Both the position numbers and the translations under genes were made by a program. The notes under the pieces were generated by a model, which worked only from the letters and a program-made list of their open reading frames with translations, was not told where the DNA came from and ran no database searches. A stretch of 32,675 bases of DNA, from the NCBI RefSeq assembly GCF_000315625.1, contig NW_005434516.1:88414-121088 (forward strand), read 5' to 3'. This DNA is from Guillardia theta CCMP2712. Its lineage: Eukaryota; Protista; Cryptophyta. Positions 10,153 through 20,604 of this stretch are shown piece by piece; within the stretch, counting starts at the first letter, position 1, and the number at the start of each line of letters is the position of its first letter.

Positions 10153-13100
10153 CTACCTTGTACCCGTCGTGCTGTATTTCTCTGCAGATCAACACAGTTA
10201 GCTCAGAACTCCACATAACAGCTCTAACTCTCATGCCATGTTAAATATCATGTGCCTGCACAAGAAATGTGCCGTCCATAAACTCAACATCGATCTTCAT
10301 TCTTGTGTCTATCTCCATCCAATCCCTCTAGTTCTTGTATCAGGTACCCTGATCTGTCCTGTCCTGTCCTGTCCTGTTCTCTCCTGTCCTGTCCTGTTCT
10401 CTCCTGTCCTGTCCTTACTTGTCCTGTCCTGTCCTGTCCTTACTTATCCTGTCCATCCCCGTCCTGTCCTCCCTTGTTCTCCCCTGTTCTGTTCTGTTTT
10501 GTCCTATCCTCCCCTGTTTCCCAACTTCTTCCTCACCAAGTTTGTTTCTAAGTGAAGGAGGGACGTAGGCGACAACTCGCGTTCCAGACTCCTGGAGTCA
10601 TGCCGTGAGTAGTGGAGGAAACGAGGAAGGAGAACGGAGGGAGGAGGAGGCAGCAATGGTACTAGTAGTAGCAAGCAGCAAAACAAGAAGCAGCAGTATT
10701 AGGAGTAGTAGTGGGAGGAGGAGGAGAAGTAAGAGGAAAAGAAGAAGGAGAAGGAGAAGGAGAGGGAGAAGGAGAGGGAGAAGGAGAGGGAGAAGGAGAA
10801 GAAAGAAAAAGTTATTGAATACCTGAAAGTCTTCTTGGATGATCGTCCCAACCTGAGTAGCACAAACATGGGAAAACCAGGAGGCATGCTGCAGGAGTTT
10901 ACCTTGTGGATTTCCGCCAGAAGGTCAGAAGCACTGCGGAAAGGTTAGAAGGCGAGGAGAGAGGAGGAGAATAGCAGATGAGAGAAGCAGGGATGAGAGG
11001 AGGGGGAGGAGGAGAAGGGGAGGAGGAGAAGACGAGGAGATGATGATGATGAGGAGGAGATGAGGAGGAGATGAGGAGGAAATGAGGAGGAAATGAGGAG
11101 GAGGAGGAGAAGGGGAAGAGGAGAAGAGGAGCAGGAGCAAGGAAGATGTTGAAGAGCGGGAAAGAGAGGGGGGGTGAGGGTAACTAAGAACAGTTTGAAA
11201 GGTCAAGTCGTGTGAGTTATGATGCAGTAATGAACACACAAGTCAGTCGTGGTACCTGTAAGGGAGCAAGCATTCGATCATGACGGAAAGTTGAAGCAGG
11301 GCCTGAGGTGCAAACAGTTATCAAAGTTTGAGGAGAGGAATTTAACGTCTTTACCTCTTCCACGATGTCCAGCAGCTGAAGTGAATGAAGTGCGTAAGAG
11401 GAATAAGAGTTAGGAACGGAGGGACAGGAGCAGTGGAGACGAGCAGGAAGATCATCTTCATCAGAAGCAAGATCATCATCTTCTCCTCTGATGAAGATGA
11501 TGATCTTTTGATGAAGATGCTGATGAGGCATCATGAGCAGACAACAATCGTTCTGATCATTCTGCGCATGTAAGGAATAGCGAACAACAGTCCGGCCACA
11601 TTTCAAACGGATCATATGAACATAGAGGGGGAAATGCTGTAAACCAGGAGGAAATTTGGCTCAAGAAATGCTGAGCAAGAAATGGCAAGAAATACCACCA
11701 AGTCTCGATACAACCTCACAACAGTACTACAACAGTGGAGACAGAGACAGAGACGGAGACAGTGACAGAGACGGAGACAGAGACAGTTGAAGCTCTTTCA
11801 ACAACCAGCTCACAAAACTCAGATGTAGTCAAGAACATCTCTAACAACTCATCGTGTGTCATGTCACCTCAGCCAGTCCGTCCCCTGACTTGGCAGACGT
11901 CGCTACTGTACACTCCGGGATAACTCGTTCGTGGATGCGAAGCCATGCTGGGCTTTCGATCTTCTCCTAGAAACGAGAGCGATAAGAGAGAGGTGGCAAG
12001 GCAGAGGAAGGAAGAAGGGAGGGCAAGAGAGGGGAGAGGAACCAAGACGAGGTGAAGGGGAGGGCAAGGAGCAGAGCAGCGAGTACAGAGCATGGCAGGA
12101 TAACGAAAAGAAGGCTCAGGAGGAGGAGGAGGAAGTAGACAGTGAGGGAGGCAAGAGAATTGTAGGATAGCGAATGTGGAGGAGTTGAGAGCAAGTAGAC
12201 CTTATCGCAAGCATCCATCTTGTTCAGGACGAGGATCTGGAGACTCGCTGATCTCAATGTCTCCCCGTGCAAGAGAGCTTCACTTCCACCTGCGGAGTGT
12301 CTTCCAACATCAGCTCCTCGATGATGTTCTGGACGCTCCATATCTTGCACGCGAACGAAAGTCAGGAGCACAGAGGGCAGNNNNNNNNNNNNNNNNNNNN
12401 NNNNNNNNNNNNNNNNNNNNNNNNNNNNNNNNNNNNNNNNNNNNNNNNNNNNNNNNNNNNNNNNNNNNNNNNNNNNNNNNGACCTTTGCGTACTTCGACT
12501 ACTTGATCTTCCTATATCTCTGTTCCCGTACACTTCCACCATCTCGCTTGAAAAGATTTTTCCTTGCTCCTTCCCCCGCCCTGCCGCTGCCTCTGTCCCT
12601 TCTCCATCTCCTCCTCCTTCTCCTTCTCTCCTCCTTCTCCTTCTTCTTCTGCTGCCGCTGCCGCTGCGCCCCCCCCGCCCCCATGTTCCCCTCTTCCTCC
12701 TCTTCCTCCCACTCCCCTTCCTCTCCTCCCCCTGGAGTCTTACCGGAGTTTTCTCGTCGTCGGATCAAGTGTGGCGAAGAGAAGGTCGTCGGCATAAACC
12801 TGAAGGCGAAGAAGCAGTTATTGACCGTTATCACCACCAACAAGACCATAACCACCGACACCCTCCTCCTCATATCCTCGTCTTCATCACTCCTATCCCT
12901 CCTCTCCCTCCTCGTCATCATCCTCCTAGTCCCTCTCACTATCACCTCCTTTGCACTGCTGTGCTCTGCTCTATTCACCTCAGCAAGTGGAGGTGAAGAT
13001 CAGCAGAGCAGGGCAGGGCAGGGCAGGGCAAAGGAGATGACAGCTCCCTACAGACCCATTCTCGTCTTCCTCGTCCTCCCTTCCCTTCCACATGAAGTTT

Positions 13101-15738
13101 TACCTCTTCAGATCCACACAGTTTGTTGAGCATCGTCGATTTGCCTGGCAAACGACGTCATACTCCAAGAAAACAACCACAAAAAAATGTTTGCACAAAT
13201 ACCATACACATTGATAAGAAACACGGCAACTGCGTGCTGTTAACGATTTCTCTCCCGTATGCCACTCATTTTGTCCATCACGTGTGTTTTTTTTCCAGCT
13301 CAATCCTCTCTCATCCATTCTAAAGTAATGAACAAATACAATCATTCTCATCTTGTCAATCCTTCATCTGTCAGGCCTCTCTTTGCTGCTCAGGCTTACC
13401 GGCATTCGTGTATCCAACGATGGCTATGATGGGTAAATTATCCCTCTCCCTCCTCTTTGTTCTGTACACCTCCCGCTGCGAAAGAACCATTTTCACAACA
13501 ACCATGATCAACATCAACATATACATCGCCATGCACATCAAAATTACAACATAAACATTTACCAAAACATACACATCAATGCCCACATTACCATTCACAA
13601 TCTCTTCATCTGCACCCACACCCACACCCACATTTACATTCAGTTCAATCATCAACCTGCTGCTTGACTTCTTCCATCTCTTTCTCCACGTTTTGCAGCT
13701 GCAAAACACCATCATCCCCATCCCCTCAGACCTCCGCCTCGTCCTCCTCCTCTCCCACCTGCTTGCGGAACAATCGCTTGTCTGCTTCAATCTGCGATTC
13801 ACCCATGCCCTTGAGGTTTTTCCCTCCTCCTCCTCCTCCTGCTAAGGTTTAGTTGAGCTCTCCCTGCAGGAAGCCTTCACCTCCTCGCGCCTCCATGCCG
13901 GCTCCCTCCGTCATGAAGTACTGCAGGAGAGAAGAGGGAACAAGAGATGAGCTTGCGAGGAGAGGAGAGGAGGAAGAAGAAAGCAGGGGAGGGCAAGAAA
14001 CGAAAGAGGCATACTTGCAGTCGAGGCATCATGTATTTCATCTGCGCAGCTTGCACCTGCACAGAGTTTGAACGGAGTGAACAGGTCCAAGTAGGAGGCA
14101 GAAAGGAGAAGCGAGACAAGGGTGAAGATGAAGTCGGTAGGTATGAAAAGAGGAGGGGAAGGAAGAAAGGGAGAAGAAGTGAGGGAAAATGAATTTTGAG
14201 GGGAGCCATGGGCAGGAAACATGTACCATCGTAAACCAAAAGAAGATTGGATGGCAGAAGATAGAGTTGGAGGAGAAGGCAGAGGAGGGGGGAGAGGAGG
14301 AAGAGGCTCCTTTCTGTGTGCGTGAGGAAGAGGAGGAGGAGGAAAGACCTGAAGCTTTGCCTCCCTGGTCCTTGCTCGCTGTGCAAAGATTTGAAGGATA
14401 AGCATGGTCCTGTCAAGAACCTGCAAGACCTTGAGGAACGGATACCTTCATCCTCCTTCCTCTGTCTGCTCTGCTCTGCTCCAGTGCCCTACCCTGCCTC
14501 TCCTCTCCCCTCCCCTCCCCGCTTCCACCCCTCCCCTTCCCTCCCCTCTCCTCCCCTCCTCCCTCCCCTCCTCTCCTCACCCGAACGTCCTCTCCCAGAA
14601 TAGTTTGGATGTTCCTGCCTTGCGCAGGGGAGAGCTCATCATCGAACACAACCTGCACCAACAGGTCGATCAGCCAACAGGTTACGGAATGAGCAGCAGT
14701 CAGTGCAAACTTCACCACGTCGATCTCGAGCGTCTTCACTGTCTTGGCGAGAGCCTCAACCTGGCGGGTAACGAGGATCCATCACTTGATCCTGCTTGTT
14801 CCCGACGTCCTTCCATACCTTTCCTGCCCCGATGAATGTAGAAGGACTCGGGTTCTATCATACAGCATCACAAACAGGAGCACAATAGACCTCCTTCCTC
14901 TTGACCTGCATCGATTGGAACTCCCTTCCTAACACGACCAGCCCTGGAAAGAGTTTGCACTGAGCAGACCACCATCGAGCACAGGCAACAGAATGATTAC
15001 AGCAGGAAGCAGAGCTGAACACAAGAGGGGACGAGATAGCCACCGAGAGAAGAAGAGGACAAGGGCAGGAAAGACAACACAGCAGAAAGAGAAAGACGAG
15101 AAGAACATAGTAGAAAGAGAACGACGAGAAGAACACAGTAGAAAGAGAAAGACGAGAGGAGGAGGGGCACAGGGAAACAAGACGCCGTCATGCAATCAAC
15201 ACAAGAGCAGCTCTACAAGGCTGACAAACCTGCCGTCTCGCACAATCGTTGAAGCTCATCCAAGGAATCGTCTACCTCCCATGACGACTCCAACGTCTTG
15301 TATCTGTGAGCACTTAGGGCAGAGATGTTGAGAAGACAAACATCTCACCTATTCCTCTTGATGTCAGCACCAACGATGTACGCTCTAATCCACATGTCAC
15401 CAACGAAATCCTCTGCATTGTTAATCAAGACTTCTCCCACCTGTCTCCCTTCTTGGTCGTGATGGTCTCGGAACCGAACAAGTTCATGTTGAGAGAGGAG
15501 AAGCGCTTCGGTCCATCACTCCACCTCCCCCTGCAGCAACATCTGAGCATGGCACCCTCCCTGCGGCAAGGAACCTGGGACGTTGAAATGGTATCTTTGA
15601 CCTCCCAATTTGTCCCAATGGCAAGTCAGCACACCGTTTGCTCAGGCAATGAGGCCCCGGGATCAGAGTGAAGGCGTGAACGTGTCCAACACTCATTACC
15701 ATGCTCCACAGCAGAGCAAAGGAGATCATCCCAGGCAT
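10153..15738 (-). CDS. hflX: HflX ribosome-associated GTPase, about 25 visible exons, probably plastid-targeted
   Basis: Hand-spliced exons give: RAYIVG; SLDELQRLCETAG; TFIGAGK; VVFDDELSPAQGRNI; VLDRTMLILQIFAQRARTREAKLQ; AQMKYMMPRL; GMGESQIEADKR; G1 IAIVGYTNAG|KST (~13400/13140); G2 LFATLDPTTR (~12745-12800); G4 ILVLNKMD (~12200-12237); G5 TSAKSGDGL (~11870-11900); C-terminal ECLLPY..LLAEIHK..GTRVVAYVPPSL; last exon 10153-10181. G3 (DTVG) is not seen and should fall in the N gap. Confidence 0.93.
10354..10505. repeat. (CCTGT)n pentanucleotide repeat in the last hflX intron
   Basis: Directly visible. Confidence 0.9.
11737..11786. repeat. (GAGACA)n hexanucleotide repeat in an hflX intron
   Basis: Directly visible. 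Confidence 0.85.
12381..12480. other. Assembly gap (100 N) inside hflX
   Basis: N run. The missing G3 region of roughly 50 codons plus introns implies the true gap exceeds 100 bp. Confidence 0.95.
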
Positions 15739-16199
15739 GCTGATGTTCCTGTAACGCAACTGTGCCCTAGAGCAGCGATCGGCCCTGCGCTGCCTCACTG
15801 CGTGCTTGTTGGAGCGATGCCGTGCACAGTAGCGATTGGACGTCAGCTATCCGCAACGAATCCTCCCTCTGGACCCTTTCCTACGATGCTCGTCTCCGGC
15901 CCTCCTCCCTGGACTGTGATTGTACCTCCCGCAGTCTATTCCGCCTAGTGGATCCTTAATAGCACGCAGTTTACTCCTCCTTGACCCTCACAGCGCACTG
16001 TCTCCTCCGATCATCCTGCTATCCTCTGATATCGCTCTTGCCCTGACCTTCGTTCACCTGCTCTCCTCGTTCCTCCGCATGCAGATACCCTTTCCCGCTC
16101 CCGCCGCCTCCACCGTTCGAGGCCGCATTCCACACAATGGGGGATTACACCTTAGTACCCGTAGTATGATCCCGATTCACGGTGGGGTGGGTCTAATTT

Positions 16200-16395
16200 A
16201 GCCTGCCAATATCTCAGTAAAACTCTGAGTCTGCCACGGGGTATCGGCCAGTTTCAGCTTAGGGCCCGGGCCGGGCCTGTGCCGTCCGGCGATTCTCTGC
16301 GGCGGGCCGACAGGGCCCGGCCCGGCTAAAGCCGCTGCACACGCTTGTTGTTGACAAAGTTTTTTTACTCAAGGTTAAGTTAAAGATCAGTACGA
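16200..16395. other. Small GC-rich island 3 ending in a copy of the 29-bp motif (16365-16394)
   Basis: Imperfect inverted repeat GCCGGGCCTGT...ACAGGGCCCGGC, followed by TTACTCAAGGTTAAGTTAAAGATCAGTACG. Confidence 0.6.
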
Positions 16396-17391
16396 GGAAA
16401 AAGGTTTACTAGGCAGCAGTGTAGGTGTGCATTGCTGCCTTGTGTTAGTTCCCTACATGGAGCTGAGGCGAGCTGTAAATCAGCCACTGGGAAGCAGCTG
16501 GTCTTTTCCCTAGTTGAGTAAATATTCATGGTCGGTCCGAAGAGGTGCGAGGAGAGCCCCCCGCAGGAAAAAAAAAGGAAGAATGAGATCACCCTGCAGT
16601 ACAAATATTGACTTATTTCTTTACTTACTCATTTCTGGCACGGCAGCGCTTGTTTATTGGTAGTAACGGTCACTGCCTCCTCTTGCTGCAAGGGCGCATA
16701 TGTTTCTTTACTCAACTTCATATTCACATACTGTAATTTACTCAAATGATAGAAGCTCTGCTGCCTCTTCCGGTGTGGACGGCAACCGAGCCGTGACGCC
16801 TTGCAAATGCCGTCCCGAATGAGCCGTGCCGTGCCGGGGGGTGGATGACTTGACTGTCAGCTGCTGACAGACAAACTCACTTTACTACACAGAAAGTTGA
16901 TTGAACATAGCGGTCATTGACCGGTAGTTGAAAGGTAAAGTAGGGGTAGTATGGAATTTCGGCAAAGTGGTCCATTGTATGCTCGAAACAAACTGCCCTC
17001 TTATCCCAATATGGGGGTGGGGTCTAGAGCAGGGGTAAGGAGGGGTAGAACCAATGCAGGGCATCGCAGCCGGCAGGAGGACCGGACGGAGAAACAACCA
17101 AAAAAAAAAACGAAATTGGGGTCTGAAGGTCAGACATACGGGTCGTTTCTCCGACTAGAAAGGGGGTACTAAAACAGACATGTCTCTTTCTCAAGAGGAG
17201 GGGTGATATAGGTCTGAGAAACACAGGAAATATAGGGTAGGGTAGTGAGGAGTCATGGGCAAACCCATTGCGACGGGGTCCACAACGGGAATGGAGGGGT
17301 CCTTGTAGTTATGGAAGAGTCCAGAATTCGTGGTGGGTAGGGTGATAACCATGGAAAATAACGGGGTAGGGGTCCAGGTTCAGTCACGGCA

Positions 17392-18765
17392 GTGATGTTG
17401 GCCTTCGGAGCTGGGGTCGAAATGAAACCGATTGTACCCCACCCATATATATACTACCAAGAATGTGTTCAAGAACCAGGTAGTAGGAGTACCCCACCCA
17501 CTGAAATAGTATGTACAGACTGCAGGAGGTTATTACTTAAAACCCCTGGTGCCCCATCGTCATCTGCCTCCTTCCTCCCTAAGTCTTCTGCCGCCGCAGT
17601 CCTTCCATATTCTCTTGTTACCGATCCCAGCGCTTCTTTGAGTGCTCTCTGCGGCTCTATCTCAACAAAAGTGCTTTCTTGGTGGCAAGACAAGCTGCCT
17701 GCGACAAGAACACGTCAGGGTACAAAGGAGATGAAGCTTTTCAACAAGAACAGATCTACCATACCTGCCAATCTCCTCTCCGATGCCTCCATCGTTGTGG
17801 ACGTTCGTGCTCGCAGTCGCATCCTCCTCGCCAGCCCTCAGTGGATCTCGCTCTTCGGCTTTAAGCTCGACTCAGACGTCGTCGGGCACAGCCTGAGCGA
17901 CCTGCTCCCCGACCTGCCCGTGCTGCATCGGCTGGTCAAGGAGGGCAGCATGGGGTACGCGCGGGAGGGGTACGTGAGGCTGGGGCAGCAGGGGTCGTTC
18001 CGGGTATCCTGCAGGCCGGTGGGGGGGGACATGGAGGACGGGGACCCTGTGGGGTGCGTGCTTGGGTTTAGGAGGACGCGTGCGGAGGAGTTCGAGCGGG
18101 GGATGCTGGAGACGCGGGAGGCAGTGGTACTGGTGGGGGCGGACGCGGGGCTGACGATCCTGGGGTACAACCAGGAGGCGCTAAGATGTGTTGGGCGAGA
18201 AGGGGAGCTGAATGGGAGCGTGACGGAGCTGACGGAGGAAAAGGGTGACGGAGAGAGGCTGGCAGAGGTGTGCCGGAGGCGGCTGAGGGAGGAGGAGGGA
18301 GCGGAGGAGGCGACCTGGGAGACGGTGTGGGTAGGGAGGTCGAGGGTGAAGGTTTATCCGGTGGCGCTATACTCGGGGAGCCGGGGGAGGCTATGCGGAG
18401 TGCTGCTGTACATGCGAGAGGATAAGGGGATATGCCGAAGGACGTCGAGCATTGCCAACGTGTGCGAGGCGAAGTGGGAATTTGGCTCTTCCACGGATGT
18501 CGCAAATGGGGCTGATAATTGCTGTGATAAGCGTTCATGCTGTGATGTGCAGCGGGGTTCTGAACAGAACAGTTGCTGTGTTGATTTCCAACTGCTCGAC
18601 TACAGCAAGACATCGCACACCGAAAACTGTTTGAATGGAACCATAGATTCCCAGTTGATTGGATTTGCACAAAATCTTACAATTCTTTGCGTCATGGCGT
18701 TGGTCCTTGTTTGGTTTTCCTTCTTTGCAAAGATCGGTTCCGGATCACTGGCCGTGGTTTTGTGA
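17392..18765 (+). CDS. Tandem PAS-like domain protein with a Cys-Cys-rich linker and C-terminal transmembrane segment (copy B)
   Basis: Same PAS-like cassette as copy A, then NCCDKRSCCD...SCCVD and LTILCVMALVLVWFSFF. The true start is uncertain: the ORF 5' part overlaps the TACCCC zone, and ATG 17731 is an alternative. Confidence 0.65.
   Translation: MMLAFGAGVEMKPIVPHPYIYYQECVQEPGSRSTPPTEIVCTDCRRLLLKTPGAPSSSASFLPKSSAAAVLPYSLVTDPSASLSALCGSISTKVLSWWQDKLPATRTRQGTKEMKLFNKNRSTIPANLLSDASIVVDVRARSRILLASPQWISLFGFKLDSDVVGHSLSDLLPDLPVLHRLVKEGSMGYAREGYVRLGQQGSFRVSCRPVGGDMEDGDPVGCVLGFRRTRAEEFERGMLETREAVVLVGADAGLTILGYNQEALRCVGREGELNGSVTELTEEKGDGERLAEVCRRRLREEEGAEEATWETVWVGRSRVKVYPVALYSGSRGRLCGVLLYMREDKGICRRTSSIANVCEAKWEFGSSTDVANGADNCCDKRSCCDVQRGSEQNSCCVDFQLLDYSKTSHTENCLNGTIDSQLIGFAQNLTILCVMALVLVWFSFFAKIGSGSLAVVL
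17795..18479 (+). repeat. 685-bp dispersed duplication, copy 2 (partner 6430-7114)
   Basis: Near-identical ungapped alignment. Confidence 0.97.
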
Positions 18766-19138
18766 ATCAATCTCTGAAGCCGCAGTGTTGACTCCCGATG
18801 CTTGCCTTGAAAGTTGAAGAGTTGGTTTTACTTTATTGATTTGTAGAAACACTTTCCAGTGGTTAGAAATTTGTAACAAGATTTGTATTAAAAAGTTTAA
18901 TGTCACTGACTCAGTCGAGCAAGGACTATGTCACCCGAAAGTTCGGCTCGGAAAACTTTCGACCTGACGTCAGTCATCTCCGAGAGCTATGCATACCGTA
19001 CCGTACCGTACTCCGTAGCCTGCCACGACGTCGGATGAACTCCTCGACTCCCCTGATTGTCCTGGTACTGTCGGATTCTTGCGACAGTGTCAGGGTCAAG
19101 CCTCCTCCGACGACTCTCCTGATTGTCCTCGTCACGGC

Positions 19139-19773
19139 GTACTGATTTTTAACTTCACTTTGTGTAACTTACTAAAGGAAGATTTTTAACTTACTTCACG
19201 CACTGCGCGGGGCGTGACCGGGCCTCCGATCGGACGGCGGCAAGCCTCCGACGGCCAAGCCTCGGCCGAGTACGGTCCGAGCCGAGCGGCCCGGCGGCCC
19301 CCGTCCGATTGCGGCCCGGCTCAGCGACTCGGAGGCGGCCAGGCTGAGTCGCCGGCTTCACAGGTTACGGCGGGAGGCGGGGCACTGGCAGGCTCGAAGC
19401 CTCGGAGCCACCGTGGCTCCAAGGCAGTGGCACTGCCAGCCGGGGCCGCCGGCCGGCCGCTGGCCCCCGGGCCGCCCGGGGCCGGGGGGCTGCCGGGGGG
19501 GCCGCACCCGCCGGCCGGCAGCCTGTGCGGCGGCCGCCCCGCGCGGCGGGCCCTGACTCCCCGGGGGCCGGCTCACAGCGGCGGCGGCTTTCATTGATCA
19601 ATTACTCAAAGTTAAGTTAGTCCGACCGGTTCTCGACCGGGTCCCGGCCGGGCGTGCCGCTGGGCCTGATCGGACCGCCGCTCGAGTCCCGCCGGGCCCG
19701 GGGAGCCGGGAGTCCCGTAAGCCTTCAGTCGGACGGTCTTTACTCAAAGTCAAGTTAAGTTAAAAATCAGAGT
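19139..19773. mobile_element. Candidate non-autonomous TIR element (MITE-like): GC-rich core bounded by ~29-bp imperfect inverted repeats
   Basis: Left end TACTGATTTTTAACTTCACTTTGTGTAA; right end TTACTCAAAGTCAAGTT[AAGTT]AAAAATCAG[AG]TA. A 14-bp core (19142-19155 / 19757-19770) is a perfect inverted match. Inner partial copies sit at 19181 and 19602. No clear TSD and no transposase. Confidence 0.45.
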
Positions 19774-20604
19774 AAGATACGGTAGTACAGGCAATGAGGC
19801 GGGCCTGCAACTGTCCTTCAAGTAGTGTACTGGCACTCAAGGATCTTCTCGCGTTCCTCGTCTGACATTCCCCGGAATGACCAGCCTGGTCAGTCAATAC
19901 CACCGTACCCCCTCTGTAGCCTGTCAAACTGTCACCTTGACCCCCCGTATGTGGGGAATATCTTCAGAAAAGAGGGGGGTAAATTCGACTACCCCCACCC
20001 CCCTTGATGTGGACGTTTGGTACCGTGTCGGAATGTATTAGACAAGTGAGCTCTGAGGATGGCACACTCCCCCGAGGGATCCGTAGCATTTGCGTTGACC
20101 CCACCCCTACCCCCTCCCTAAAACATCAATATTCCTCGATTTACACACAAGGACCCCCAAAAAACGACGATTGACAGGTAATTATACCGGTACTGAAAAA
20201 ATACAATGGGGTACAAGTGGGGTCAACACTACACCCCCGGGGATTGAAAGCATGCCTGTGATATTCCCCTCCCCGACAGTCCCCAGTATCCCTCCCCGCA
20301 TGCGAGAGAGACGCTAAGGAGAGAGCGACAGGAAGCAGCGCGCCGGAGATGAGGAAGAGGAGGAGGAGAGGCTCAGAGCGGAGAAGAGATCGGAGGGAAG
20401 GGTCAGCAAACACGTTGAGAGGGAAGTTGTTAGCAGGTTATTGTGAATGTTACGAAATTCGAGTCTAGCAAGACAAAGCTTGACGCGAGACAACGTCGCT
20501 CTATCTTCACGCGCACTGCCGCTGGCCGGATCTGTGCTCCGTTGACCATCACATGCGTCTGACGCTGAGATCCAGGTGAAACAAGGCTGCAAGGGCATAG
20601 CACA

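Noticed and set aside
10238-15331. Numerous low-complexity ORFs on both strands
   Set aside because: They lie in microsatellite-rich hflX introns or antisense to hflX exons.
19750-19770. TTAAGTTAAA resembling the XerD arm of a bacterial dif site
   Set aside because: No XerC arm at the right spacing and no recombinase in the window; kept only as part of the inverted-end motif.
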